A stretch of DNA of 64,000 nt from a candidate division FCPU426 bacterium (GCA_963830915.1 CAWHOE010000057.1:61011-125010), one strand, 5' to 3'; positions 50,237 to 59,835 are shown, counted from the stretch's first letter. Notes: generated by a model from the letters alone, not told the origin. Numbers and translations are program-made.

Positions 50237-50866
50237 GTGAAAAAAATCCTATTTTTGTCCTTGTTGATGCTGATTATGATCTCTTCGGTCCTGGTAGTCG
50301 CAAAACCCGCGCCCGATTATTTCATCTCCAATTACGACATCATGGATCTGGATTTCCTCCGAACCAATTACACTGATATCAATAATGACCGGCCTATTCA
50401 ATTTGAGGGCTATTTCAAATCTTTTCACTGGAAATCCCCCTTCGCTTATCGAGAAAGATTGAAAGCCATTGGCTTGGATATCAATAACTACAACGTTGCT
50501 GAACTGGAACTTAAGGAAAAGGATGATTTTCACTACGCTTTTCCTATCCTGCTCTTCCATACAGAAGCCGGCGATCTACATGAGTTGGAGAATTTAACCC
50601 CCGGGGAACGTGTGGTCGTTTATGGACGGTTTTTCAAACTAAAAAAATCCGAATATGCCATGTATGTTGACTTGATCGAAACGGTTCAAAAAGGCGGACA
50701 TGATCGGGATATATTGATCGACTCAAGGATTCCTATCACACCAACCCCCACCCCGACCATCACCCCAACCCCTGGTCCTAATCTTTGGCAAAAAGTTAAT
50801 AATTACATCAATCCAAAAGAAACCGGAACTCCCACCGGAACGGTTACACCTAGCGCCAAGCAGTAA
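50237..50866 (+). CDS. Secreted hypothetical protein, possible OB-fold
   Basis: Signal peptide; L.PGERVVVYG; PT-rich tail. Confidence 0.65.
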   Translation: MKKILFLSLLMLIMISSVLVVAKPAPDYFISNYDIMDLDFLRTNYTDINNDRPIQFEGYFKSFHWKSPFAYRERLKAIGLDINNYNVAELELKEKDDFHYAFPILLFHTEAGDLHELENLTPGERVVVYGRFFKLKKSEYAMYVDLIETVQKGGHDRDILIDSRIPITPTPTPTITPTPGPNLWQKVNNYINPKETGTPTGTVTPSAKQ

Positions 50867-50982
50867 CTTGGAAGGGAAGAGCGATCAAGTTTCTCCAACT
50901 TCGTTTCTATCCTTTGGTGATGTAGCCTCTTGGCTCGGTGATTTTTTAAACTCCCCAAATTAATGACCTAAAGTCCTTTAAT

Positions 50983-51009
50983 GCAACTTAAAGAGATACT
51001 TTAAGTTGC
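50983..51009. promoter_or_regulatory. Perfect 11-bp inverted repeat (operator or terminator)
   Basis: GCAACTTAAAG-AGATA-CTTTAAGTTGC. Confidence 0.5.
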
Positions 51010-51039
51010 TTCTTTTAAAATGTTTTTCAGGAGCTGTCC

Positions 51040-51807
51040 TTGACTGGTAATGATTTCAAGATCAAAGGTTCAGGCAAACCTCTCGTTTTGCTTCACCCAT
51101 TCCCATTTTCAAGTGAATTTTGGTCGAAACTCGAGCCTTTTCTAGGCTACCGATTGATACTACCGAATTTTCCAGGTTTTGGAGAAACACCTATTCAAAC
51201 AGTTGGTTATAAGCTTTCAGACGCCGCGCAAGATCTGCAAGCACATCTTCGAAAATTGTTAACTCCGAACGAAAAGATCATCCTTGGCGGAATATCCATG
51301 GGCGGTTATTGGGCTTTTGAGTTTTTAAGCAGGTTTCCAGACCAAGTGGAAGGCTTGATATTGATCTCCACCAGACCCGGGATCGATAAGCCCTTGGCCC
51401 GAGAAAACCGTCTAAAAATGGCAGAAAGGGTCGAAAAAGAAGGCTGTCATTGGCTACCAGAAGCCATGGTTCAAGGTTTGCTTGGATCAACGGCCAGGTC
51501 CAACCAACAGCCTTTAGTCGATTGGATCAGTCGAGAAATTAGCGCCGTAAAACCCCAGGCCATCGCTTTGGCCCAACGGGCCATGGCCCAGAGAATAGAA
51601 CATACGGACTTGCTTACCTCGATTAAGGCACGGACTTTGATCATGGCGGGGCAGGAAGACAGCCTCATACCCTTAAACGAGGCCGAACAGATGGCCAAGA
51701 GCATCCCGGATAGCGACCTTAAGGTCTTTAAAACCTCTGGTCACTTGATACCGCTGGAAGAACCGATCGAATTCCGAAAATCCTTGGAAGAATTCCTGTG
51801 CAAGTAA
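51040..51807 (+). CDS. Alpha/beta hydrolase
   Basis: LLHPFP, PGFG, GISMGG, GQED, SGHL..LE.P. Confidence 0.88.
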   Translation: MTGNDFKIKGSGKPLVLLHPFPFSSEFWSKLEPFLGYRLILPNFPGFGETPIQTVGYKLSDAAQDLQAHLRKLLTPNEKIILGGISMGGYWAFEFLSRFPDQVEGLILISTRPGIDKPLARENRLKMAERVEKEGCHWLPEAMVQGLLGSTARSNQQPLVDWISREISAVKPQAIALAQRAMAQRIEHTDLLTSIKARTLIMAGQEDSLIPLNEAEQMAKSIPDSDLKVFKTSGHLIPLEEPIEFRKSLEEFLCK

Positions 51808-51847
51808 GTCCCGGTTCATCAAGGACATTTGACACAACCCACTTCGC

Positions 51848-51885
51848 AATCGTTCAAAAAAACATCGTTTAAATGCAAAATCGGC
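51848..51885 (+). repeat. Left 38-bp inverted repeat flanking the recombinase
   Basis: AATCGTTCAAAAAAACATCGTTTAAATGCAAAATCGGC; 32/38 identical to the reverse complement of 53239-53276. Confidence 0.8.
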
Positions 51886-51986
51886 TTAAAGTTCTTAGAT
51901 TTTTTCAGAGAACATACACAAGAAAATCTTCGCCCATTGGTCGATGAAGCGACCGTCAAATACGGAGTCCAGTCCAAAGATTCAAC

Positions 51987-52014
51987 TTGAACCCATCTTA
52001 TCATTCGGTATAAT
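51987..52014 (+). promoter_or_regulatory. Putative sigma70 promoter of the recombinase
   Basis: TTGAAC-N16-TATAAT, with the -10 box inside the palindrome. Confidence 0.55.
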
Positions 52015-52030
52015 TACAGATATACCGAAT
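52003..52030. other. dif/loxP-like recombination site candidate
   Basis: ATTCGGTATA-ATTACAGA-TATACCGAAT: perfect 10-bp arms, asymmetric 8-bp spacer, 28 bp, one base before the recombinase ATG. Confidence 0.65.
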
Positions 52031-52031
52031 T

Positions 52032-53105
52032 ATGACACCGGAACCCGACCCAAAACCTAAAACCCAACTTCCCAATCTCTTGGAGCTTACTCCTTACGAC
52101 GGTTTCCTGGCCCTTTGCAAGTCCATCCACACCAGGGACAATTACCACCAGGACTTACGGGTTCTCAAGCAGTTCTTCGATCAGGCCAACCTCCCATCCC
52201 TCGTGGAGGTTAAACCCGAACACATGGTCCGCTTCGCCGGGTCCTTGACCAAGCCCGGGATCACGCCCAGCGGCAAGCCCCGGGGCCCCTATTCGACCCG
52301 TTCCATGAAGCGTATCCTGGCCACGACCCGGTCCTTTTACCGCTACCTGGCTTCTATCCAGCATATTGGAACCGATCCCACGGCCGTATTCCACAACCTG
52401 TCCATCCGCAGTCCTCAGCGCAATCCCCGGCCCCTGGCGCCCAAGTACCGCGACGCCCTGGTCCAAGGCCTCCAAACGGGCGATCTGGAGGGTCAAAAGA
52501 TCAGCCTAGTGGTCTTGTTCGGCTACCATTGCGGCTTCCGGGTATCGGAGATCGCCAACCTTCGCCTGCAGGACCTTGACTTCGATCGAGGTCTGGTCAC
52601 GGTCATCGGTAAGGGCGACAAGGAACGGGTCGTTCCCATGACCGACCGCCTTAAGGATCTTTTGAAAGTTTACTTGGCGGACCGGCCTAAGGACGCGGGC
52701 CTATATCTTTTTCCCAGCCCCAGCAACTCCAATAAGCCCATCCATCCCGATTATCTCGAGACCTGGGTCAAGAAAGCCGCCCATTGGGCGAACTTCGAGA
52801 ACCCGGATGATCTGACGGTCCACGTTCTTCGGCATTCCTTCGGAACCCAATTGGCTGAAGCCGGCGCAAGCGTTTACGAGATCCGCGACCTGATGGGCCA
52901 TTCCAGCATCATGGTGAGTGAAAATTACGTCAAGCTGGCCTCCACCAAGTCCCAGCAAGCCCACCGCAAGGCCTTCGGGGTCGGCATGAAGTCCCACGCC
53001 CTGAACCTCAAGGGCAAAAAGACCGCCCATGAGATGGTCCTGTCCCGGTTCAGGTCGGCGACCCGCAAGAGGCTTTCCAACCAGTCGGATGATGACGAAA
53101 GTTGA
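52032..53105 (+). CDS. XerC/XerD-family tyrosine recombinase
   Basis: N-terminal SAM-like region; catalytic set GFRVSE, GKGDKER, HVLRHSFGT, LMGHSS, ENY. Confidence 0.95.
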   Translation: MTPEPDPKPKTQLPNLLELTPYDGFLALCKSIHTRDNYHQDLRVLKQFFDQANLPSLVEVKPEHMVRFAGSLTKPGITPSGKPRGPYSTRSMKRILATTRSFYRYLASIQHIGTDPTAVFHNLSIRSPQRNPRPLAPKYRDALVQGLQTGDLEGQKISLVVLFGYHCGFRVSEIANLRLQDLDFDRGLVTVIGKGDKERVVPMTDRLKDLLKVYLADRPKDAGLYLFPSPSNSNKPIHPDYLETWVKKAAHWANFENPDDLTVHVLRHSFGTQLAEAGASVYEIRDLMGHSSIMVSENYVKLASTKSQQAHRKAFGVGMKSHALNLKGKKTAHEMVLSRFRSATRKRLSNQSDDDES

Positions 53106-53238
53106 AATAACCTTCATTTCCCTTCACCTGCCAAAGCTTAAGTTCATATTTTTCAAAAGGATTTCTGAACATCAAAATGGTCCTTCAAGCGCCTTCGGAA
53201 CCAAAAGAACTTTTTTATTTTGGGACACCCTTAAATGG

Positions 53239-53276
53239 GTCGAATTTGCATTTAAACAGTGTTTATTTGAAAGATT
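53239..53276 (-). repeat. Right 38-bp inverted repeat flanking the recombinase
   Basis: GTCGAATTTGCATTTAAACAGTGTTTATTTGAAAGATT. Confidence 0.8.
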
Positions 53277-53524
53277 ATTAACCGTTAGCAATCTTTGTAC
53301 TTGCTTGAAAATCGCTAAAATCGGTCCAAGCATGGATGAAAATGGATAGGCTTCAGACGGTTTAAAATCAAAAGAAGCCGTGCCGAACCAGGTTCAAAGC
53401 CAGTATTCACAATGCGAAGCTGTGGTGATCTGGTTAGAAACAGACTTTTTTGGGGATTAGCTTCAATTGGTCCATGAAAAATAGGGTGTTTAAGCTATGT
53501 TAAAGTTCTACTTTAAGGAACGAA

Positions 53525-54682
53525 ATGAACTTTTCTAAACGAACACCGGGCGATCTTTCCCCAAATCCATTTACTCAAGCCCTGGACGGTCTGGATAAAG
53601 CGTCTTTATTGGACCTGACAGAGTCCAATCCTACGAAGTGCGGGTTCCATTACCCCGAAAATCTACTTTCACCTCTGGGTTCGGACTCTTCTTTAGCCTA
53701 TCAACCCGATCCTTTTGGCCTGTTATCGACAAGGAAAGTCCTGGCGGACTACCTTTCCTCAAAAGGTCAGCCAGTTAAGGCCGAAAACATCCTGTTGACC
53801 GCCAGCACCAGCGAGGCTTACTCGTTCCTTTTCAAGTTATTGGCCGATCCGGGCGATTCTTTCCTCGTTCCAACCCCTGGTTATCCGCTTTTAGATCATT
53901 TGACCCGGTTGGATTCGACCGTGGCCATTCCCTACTCCTTGCAGCCCAAACCAGGTTGGCCGCTGGACCAGGAAGGCCTGAAAAATTCCTTACGAACCGA
54001 TACCAAGGCCATCATCGCAGTCAATCCGAACAATCCCACCGGAAGTTTCCTGAGCACTCAGGACCAAACCTTCGTCCTTCATCTCTGTCAAAGCCGACAA
54101 ATAGCCTATATTTCCGATGAGGTTTTCTCTGATTACGCCTATGGGCCTCAATCTAAATCAACTGATTCCTCAAAGGTTCTGACCTTTCGATTGGGCGGTT
54201 TATCCAAAAGCCTGGGGTTACCCCAGTTAAAACTCTCCTGGGTCCTCATGGACGGTCCCCAAAAGGTTCTGGAGGAATGCCGTTCCAGGTTGGAATTGAT
54301 CGCCGACACTTATCTCTCGGTCAACACACCGGTGCAATTGGGGCTGAAAGAATTACTTGATGGAGCTGGGGTTATCCAAAAAGAAATACTTGATAGGGTT
54401 CTGCATAACCGTCAAACACTAGAGCGTTACTTTAAGGATTTAGGGAATAAAGCGATTCTTTTACCGACCGAGGCCGGTTGGTATGCCTTGCTTGAAATGA
54501 AGAACCATTCGGTGACTGATGAGGAATTGGCAATGGACTTGATGAAGAAGGGGGTTTTGATCCACCCAGGGGCCTTCTATGACTTCCCCACTGGTTGTTT
54601 CTTGGTATTTAGCCTGTTGCCGCAAGAGGATAGGTTCGAAAAGGCCGTCAGGATCATCAAAGACCATTTATTAACGGTTTGA
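53525..54682 (+). CDS. PLP-dependent aminotransferase class I/II
   Basis: LDLTESNPT, VNPNNPTG, SDEVF.DY, GGLSKSLGLPQLK. Confidence 0.92.
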   Translation: MNFSKRTPGDLSPNPFTQALDGLDKASLLDLTESNPTKCGFHYPENLLSPLGSDSSLAYQPDPFGLLSTRKVLADYLSSKGQPVKAENILLTASTSEAYSFLFKLLADPGDSFLVPTPGYPLLDHLTRLDSTVAIPYSLQPKPGWPLDQEGLKNSLRTDTKAIIAVNPNNPTGSFLSTQDQTFVLHLCQSRQIAYISDEVFSDYAYGPQSKSTDSSKVLTFRLGGLSKSLGLPQLKLSWVLMDGPQKVLEECRSRLELIADTYLSVNTPVQLGLKELLDGAGVIQKEILDRVLHNRQTLERYFKDLGNKAILLPTEAGWYALLEMKNHSVTDEELAMDLMKKGVLIHPGAFYDFPTGCFLVFSLLPQEDRFEKAVRIIKDHLLTV

Positions 54683-54730
54683 CCCCAGAATTCCGGCAAC
54701 CCGAATACCCTAAGCGGTGACTATCCGAAT

Positions 54731-55429
54731 TTAGGAGTTCAACAACCCCAATTGGCGGGCCGCTTCCTTGCCCCATTCGGTATCGGCATAACCGCTCACT
54801 ACCAGCTTGTACTGCTCGATAGCCTTGGCTTTGTTCTGGGTGGCTAAATAAGCCTTGGCTAACCTATTGCGCATCTCAGGGATCAAGAAACTGCCGTTGT
54901 TCTGTGTCAGGTAAGCCTCATAAAGCTGGACCGCCTGGGGCAATTGGTTCTGACCTTCCAAACACAGGATCTTGCCCAGGTAGGATTCATCGCCCAAAGG
55001 CGTCCCCTTCAAGTCTTGCGTACAGGTATCGAAATTGGTATAGGCCGGGCCGAACTGGCCCATTTGGAACTGGCACTTGGCCACATAGAACCTGGCCAAT
55101 TTGGCGGTCTTGGTCCCGGCAAAATCGGTCGTGATCCTTTGGAAGGTGCTCAGAGCCTGTTGGTCCTTCTCAGTCTCGCTCTTGAAAGGCCCGTTCTTGG
55201 CGTCCACGCCCGCGTGCAGGTAATATTGGCCCAGGTTCAGGGCGCTCATGGCGTCCTTTTCGCTCTGTTCCATGCTGTGCAAGTAATAAGGCACGCCCAC
55301 CCCGATCAGGACGACGACGATGCCGATGACGAAGATGATCTCTTGGTGGCTTTTCGCCCAGAGCAACCATTTAGAGGCTTTTTTCTCGCCGGGTTCTAGG
55401 TTCATATGGGGATGTAAGGGACTGGTCAT
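54731..55429 (-). CDS. Membrane-anchored TPR protein (YfgM-like)
   Basis: N-terminal TM segment, TPR helices. Confidence 0.75.
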   Translation of the reverse strand: MTSPLHPHMNLEPGEKKASKWLLWAKSHQEIIFVIGIVVVLIGVGVPYYLHSMEQSEKDAMSALNLGQYYLHAGVDAKNGPFKSETEKDQQALSTFQRITTDFAGTKTAKLARFYVAKCQFQMGQFGPAYTNFDTCTQDLKGTPLGDESYLGKILCLEGQNQLPQAVQLYEAYLTQNNGSFLIPEMRNRLAKAYLATQNKAKAIEQYKLVVSGYADTEWGKEAARQLGLLNS

Positions 55430-55451
55430 TTATTCCTCGCTCAAAAAAGAT

Positions 55452-55481
55452 AAAAAGCGAAGCCTTCCCTCTCGGAAAGGC
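55452..55481 (-). terminator. Probable terminator after tRNA-Arg
   Basis: GCCTTTCC-GAGA-GGGAAGGC then TTCGCTTTTT on the minus strand. Confidence 0.55.
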
Positions 55482-55492
55482 CTCATTAAAAA

Positions 55493-55569
55493 TGGTACCC
55501 TCGACGCGAATCGAACGCGTGACCTACTCTTTAGGAAAGAGTCGCTCTATCCAACTGAGCTACGAGGGC
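55493..55569 (-). tRNA. tRNA-Arg(CCT)
   Basis: GCCCTCGTAGCTCAGTTGGATAGAGC, anticodon arm ACTCT-TTCCTAA-AGAGT, GTTCGATTC, CCA end. Confidence 0.95.
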
Positions 55570-55600
55570 CTGTTCACTGAACCCTCCCCGGAGGGGAAAA

Positions 55601-56113
55601 TCAGTACTGGATTATAGAATAGACAGGTATGCTTTGCAATTTTTGGCGGCCGTTCAAGAAGCCCAATTCCATAAGGAAACTGGCCTCCTGCACCTTCCCG
55701 CCGGCCCTTTCCACCAAACGAACAGCGGCCGCGGCGGTCCCGCCGGTGGCCAGAACGTCGTCCAACACCAGGACCTTGTCGCCCTTCTTGAAGGCGTCCT
55801 CATGGATCTCCAGCTTATCGGTCCCATATTCCAGCTCGTAGGTCTCCTGCACGGTCTTCCAGGGGAGCTTGCCGGGTTTTCGCACCGGCACGAAAGAGAT
55901 GCCCAGCTTGACAGCCAAAGGGGCCCCGAAGATGAAGCCACGGGATTCCATGGCGACCAAAGCGTTCAACCCGGAAGCCTTGTAGCGTTCGGCCCATTGG
56001 TCGATAGCGTATTGGAAGGCCTTGGGGTCCTTCAAAAGCGGGGTGATATCCTTGAAGATGATCCCTTTTTTTGGGAAATCCGGCACGTCACGAACATAGT
56101 TCTTTAAATCCAT
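55601..56113 (-). CDS. apt: Adenine phosphoribosyltransferase
   Basis: PDFPKKGIIFKDITPLL, ESRGF, RKPGKLP, LEYG, DDVLATGGT. Confidence 0.97.
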   Translation of the reverse strand: MDLKNYVRDVPDFPKKGIIFKDITPLLKDPKAFQYAIDQWAERYKASGLNALVAMESRGFIFGAPLAVKLGISFVPVRKPGKLPWKTVQETYELEYGTDKLEIHEDAFKKGDKVLVLDDVLATGGTAAAAVRLVERAGGKVQEASFLMELGFLNGRQKLQSIPVYSIIQY

Positions 56114-56180
56114 AGTGGACCCTTTTGAACATATTAATGAGAGGCTTTATTCGGAAAGAAAGGACTTCAGGGGGGTAATC

Positions 56181-57092
56181 TTACACAAATTCGTTTAAAA
56201 GTTCACGATATTCTTCATGGTTGGATTTCATCAGGACCCTGATCTTATGCAGGGCTTTTTCCTCGATTTGCCTGATCCTTTCCCTGGTCACGCCCAGGGT
56301 CTTGCCTGTTTCCTCGAGGGTTTGGGGCTGGTCCAGGTCGAACCCGAACCGCATGATGATGACCTTTTGTTCCTTCTCGTTCAGGACGCCGATGAGCTTC
56401 TTCAGTTTCTCGGTGCGAAGCTGGCCGAACACGTTCTCGGCCGGGTTGGAGCCGTTCTTGTCCTCTATGAAATCCCCTACCGACTTGGCGTTGGCCTCAT
56501 CCCCCACCTGGGCTTCCAGGGAAACGTCCCTTTGTCCCAAGCGTTGGAGCTTGTAGATCTTCTCGAACTTGAGCCTGGCGGCCTTGGACAGTTCCAGCAT
56601 GCTGGGGTCCCGGCCCAATTTGCGGGTCAAGTCCCGGGTGATGCGGGATACACGGTTGATATCCTCGGAAACATGCACGGGGACCCGGACGGTCCGTGAG
56701 TAATTGGAAAGGGAGCGGGTGATAGCCTGGCGGATCCACCAGGTAGCGTAAGTGCTGAACTTGAAGCCCCTGCGCCAGGAGAACTTCTCGCTGGCCTTGA
56801 TCAGCCCCAGGTTCCCTTCCTCGATCAGGTCTTGGAACGCCAACCCCTGGTTCATGTACTTCTTGGCTATCTTGATGACCAGTCGCAGGTTGGCGGCGAT
56901 CAGGGCCTGCTTGGCCTTCATATCTTTCTTCTCGATGCGCTTGGCCAGCATCACTTCTTCCGCTGCGGTCAACAGCTTGACCCGGGACAGCTCCTTGAAG
57001 TAGAGCTTTAAACTGTCGGTGGTAACACGTTCATTTTTAATGTCGGAAGTGAGGAACTTTTTCGTGTTAAGGATGGAGATCAAAGGCGCCAT
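56181..57092 (-). CDS. RpoD/RpoS-family sigma70 factor lacking region 1.1 (group 2-like)
   Basis: [46 protein letters not shown]; 303 aa. Confidence 0.93.
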   Translation of the reverse strand: MAPLISILNTKKFLTSDIKNERVTTDSLKLYFKELSRVKLLTAAEEVMLAKRIEKKDMKAKQALIAANLRLVIKIAKKYMNQGLAFQDLIEEGNLGLIKASEKFSWRRGFKFSTYATWWIRQAITRSLSNYSRTVRVPVHVSEDINRVSRITRDLTRKLGRDPSMLELSKAARLKFEKIYKLQRLGQRDVSLEAQVGDEANAKSVGDFIEDKNGSNPAENVFGQLRTEKLKKLIGVLNEKEQKVIIMRFGFDLDQPQTLEETGKTLGVTRERIRQIEEKALHKIRVLMKSNHEEYRELLNEFV

Positions 57093-57143
57093 GTAAACCC
57101 TCGTGTCCTAGACCGCGGGCCCAAAGGCTTTTGAAGGCCCTAT

Positions 57144-57419
57144 TCACCCGCTTATTTCGAAGTTCTTGAGTTTCGTTTTGCTTTCAATCCACTGGAAATC
57201 GAGCTTATCTACCCTGCTTCCAATGGGACCCGTCTCCAAATAATGCATAAAACGTTCCAAGTCGGGCCGAGGGCCAAAAGCCTCGGTCTGTACCGAACCA
57301 TCCGGCAAATTACGCACCCACCCCGTAATTCCCAATTCTTCGGCCCTAGTTTTGACATAAAAACGGAACCCCACACCCTGCACCCGCCCGATGACTTTAG
57401 CCGTTAAAGCAGTTCCCAT
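57144..57419 (-). CDS. acyP: Acylphosphatase
   Basis: GRVQGVGFR, GWVRNLPDGSV. Confidence 0.95.
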   Translation of the reverse strand: MGTALTAKVIGRVQGVGFRFYVKTRAEELGITGWVRNLPDGSVQTEAFGPRPDLERFMHYLETGPIGSRVDKLDFQWIESKTKLKNFEISG

Positions 57420-57662
57420 TGGAAACCTCCTAAACTTGGACTTTTTCTGTCAGTTTTTTGTATATGGCTAGCTTTTTTTTGACGTTTTAGTCTCGTGAAT
57501 ATAGCGATGATATCAACGAATGTTCATGACACGAGCGTATAAAAAATTGGGAATTATCAGAAAAAACCGATGGTTTATAAAAAGATATGCGGAAAAAATT
57601 AAACTAAAGGGTTTTAAGGAAGGTTTTACTAAAAGATTTTATCAACGATCGAGAAGAAAAGA

Positions 57663-57739
57663 TGGTCGGGGCGGCAGGATTTGAACCTGCGACCTTTTGC
57701 ACCCCATGCAACTGCGCTACCGGGCTGCGCCACGCCCCG
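57663..57739 (-). tRNA. tRNA-Pro(GGG)
   Basis: CGGGGCGTGGCGCAGCCCGGTAGCGC, loop ATGGGGT, GGTTCAAATCC, CCA. Confidence 0.93.
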
Positions 57740-57778
57740 AATTCCGGCCACTTTTCTTCGATCTTAGACTGGATATCC

Positions 57779-57855
<77 letters not shown>

Positions 57856-58012
57856 TCCAAAGATATCTTGCAGGGACGAAAAATCCTTGGTCCCAACCCA
57901 AGTGTACCCCAAACAACGTCTCGGCTAAGGGAAAAAAACCACCAAACGGATGCATACTATAAGTCAAAAATTTCGCATCTTCAACAAAAAGGGTTGGATA
58001 AAGTCGGTAAAA

Positions 58013-58534
58013 TTAAGCCAATTCGTACTTTTTCAAGATCTTGGTGCTGGCCGCTAAAAGGTCTAAATACTCCCTCACCAGGCCCTGGTCACGTTTGGGC
58101 TTTTCGACCACAGGCGTCTTGGGTTCGCTTCCCTCTTTCGGAAGCTCGGTTTTCATCTCGACAGCCGCGACCTTCACTGGTTCCACGGCCTCGACCTTCA
58201 CCGGTTCGGCAACAGGCGTTTCCACAACCTCGACCTTGGCCGGTTCCGTCGCCGCATCCTTGGGATGGAAAATATCCATCTGGTCCAGGCCTTCTTTTTC
58301 GATCTCTTCCAATTTCTTGATGGCCCCCGCGATGGTGTATTGCTCATCGTACAAAAGTTTCTTGATCATCATGGCGATCTGGATGTCTTTTTTGCGGTAG
58401 GTGCGCTGGCCCGTCTCGGATTTTTGCGGGTTCAGTTTCTTGAACTCGGTCTCCCAATAGCGAAGCACATAAGGTTTCACATCGACCATTTGGGACGCTT
58501 CACCGATGGTGTAAAAGAGCTTTTCCTCGGCCAT
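58013..58534 (-). CDS. MerR-family transcriptional regulator
   Basis: YTIGE..VKPYVLRYWETEF..GQRTY..LLYDEQYTIAGA; typical HU/IHF-merR-tRNA-Pro order. Confidence 0.93.
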   Translation of the reverse strand: MAEEKLFYTIGEASQMVDVKPYVLRYWETEFKKLNPQKSETGQRTYRKKDIQIAMMIKKLLYDEQYTIAGAIKKLEEIEKEGLDQMDIFHPKDAATEPAKVEVVETPVAEPVKVEAVEPVKVAAVEMKTELPKEGSEPKTPVVEKPKRDQGLVREYLDLLAASTKILKKYELA

Positions 58535-58549
58535 GGAACCTCCTATCGC

Positions 58550-58837
58550 TTAGGGTTTTTCCTGAAGCTTCGACTTCAACAAGGGGCTGGGCTTGAACAC
58601 CAGGGTCTTGCGGTTGCGCAAGAAAACGACCTTGCCGGTCTTGGGGTTCCTGGCCTTTCGGGCCGCCCGGCTTTTCCATTCCCAAGTCCCGAAACCTACT
58701 ATAGAAACTTTCTTCCCTTCCTTCAAGCTGGCGGTGATGGTCCGAAAAAACACATCCACCGATTTTTGGGCCTGTTTTTGGGTCAGTCCCAGGTCGGTCA
58801 AAGATTTGAACAATTCCTCACGGCGCAGGGTTTTCAT
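58550..58837 (-). CDS. HU/IHF-family DNA-binding protein
   Basis: VSIVGFGTW, R.ARKARNPKTG, FKPS. Confidence 0.92.
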   Translation of the reverse strand: MKTLRREELFKSLTDLGLTQKQAQKSVDVFFRTITASLKEGKKVSIVGFGTWEWKSRAARKARNPKTGKVVFLRNRKTLVFKPSPLLKSKLQEKP

Positions 58838-58839
58838 TT

Positions 58840-59835
58840 TTACAGGTCATGCTCCGGTTTGGCTGAGCGGGTCAAAAGGCTCTTCACCGCTTCCTTCACT
58901 CGCTTGCCCTCGAACAGCACGTTGTAAACTTCCTGCGTGATGGGTACTTCCACGTTGGCGGTCGCGGCCAGGGCCAGGGCGGCCTTGGATGTCTTCACGC
59001 CTTCCGCCACCATGGTCATTTCTTTCAGGGCCTCATCCAGCGTGGCGCCCTTGCCGACCTTCTCGCCCAGCAAACGGTTGCGGCTGTGACGGCTGATGCA
59101 GGTGACCGTCAGGTCGCCCATGCCGGCCAACCCGGCGAAGGTGAGGGGTTGGGCCCCCATGGCCACGCCCAGCTTGGTCATTTCGTAAAGCCCGCGGGTC
59201 ATCAAGGCGGCTTTGGTGTTGTCTCCCAAACCCAGCCCGTCCAATATTCCGGCGGCGATGGCGATGACGTTCTTCAAGGACCCGCCCAGTTCCACCCCAA
59301 TGACGTCGGTGGAAGTGTAGACCCTGAAATAGTCGGTGTGGAACACGTTCTGGATCGTCTGGGCCAGGGCCTCGTCTTCGGACGCGGCCACCACGGTCGT
59401 TGGCATTTGAAGGGCCACTTCCTCAGCGTGGCTGGGGCCGGATAGGGCCGCCACCGGTGTTCCCGGAGGTAGATTCTCTTTCAGCACCTGGCTCAATCTT
59501 AAATGGCTGTTTTCTTCCAAACCTTTGCTCACGCAGACCACCCAGGCGTTGGCTGGCCAAAAGGCCGCCGCCTTTTGCGCGGTAGAGCGTACGGCATGGG
59601 ATGGTACCGCCATCACCACGCCTTCCCGTCCCTCCAGGGCTTTTTTCATGTCTTGGGTGATGAAAATGGTGCGGTCCAGCCTGACCCCCTTCACCAGGGG
59701 GCTCTCCCTTTTCTGGTCCAGGTACTCGAACTCTTTCTGGTCGAAAGCCCAAAGGGAAATATCATGCCCGGCCTTCCGAAGATGCGACGTCAGGACCGTT
59801 CCCCAGCTCCCACTGCCTAGGATGCAAAGTTTCAT
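58840..59835 (-). CDS. gpsA: NAD(P)H-dependent glycerol-3-phosphate dehydrogenase
   Basis: GSGSWG, SKGLE, SGPSHAEEV, LKNVIAIAAG, GDL..TC.S.HSRN. Confidence 0.97.
   Translation of the reverse strand: MKLCILGSGSWGTVLTSHLRKAGHDISLWAFDQKEFEYLDQKRESPLVKGVRLDRTIFITQDMKKALEGREGVVMAVPSHAVRSTAQKAAAFWPANAWVVCVSKGLEENSHLRLSQVLKENLPPGTPVAALSGPSHAEEVALQMPTTVVAASEDEALAQTIQNVFHTDYFRVYTSTDVIGVELGGSLKNVIAIAAGILDGLGLGDNTKAALMTRGLYEMTKLGVAMGAQPLTFAGLAGMGDLTVTCISRHSRNRLLGEKVGKGATLDEALKEMTMVAEGVKTSKAALALAATANVEVPITQEVYNVLFEGKRVKEAVKSLLTRSAKPEHDL

Noticed and set aside
52032..53105. Prophage or ICE integrase
   Set aside because: No adjacent tRNA attachment site, excisionase, phage or conjugation genes; flanks are ordinary metabolic genes.
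53479..53506. Canonical dif site (TATGTTAAA resembles the XerD arm)
   Set aside because: No XerC-like left arm; position fits a -10 region of the aminotransferase gene.
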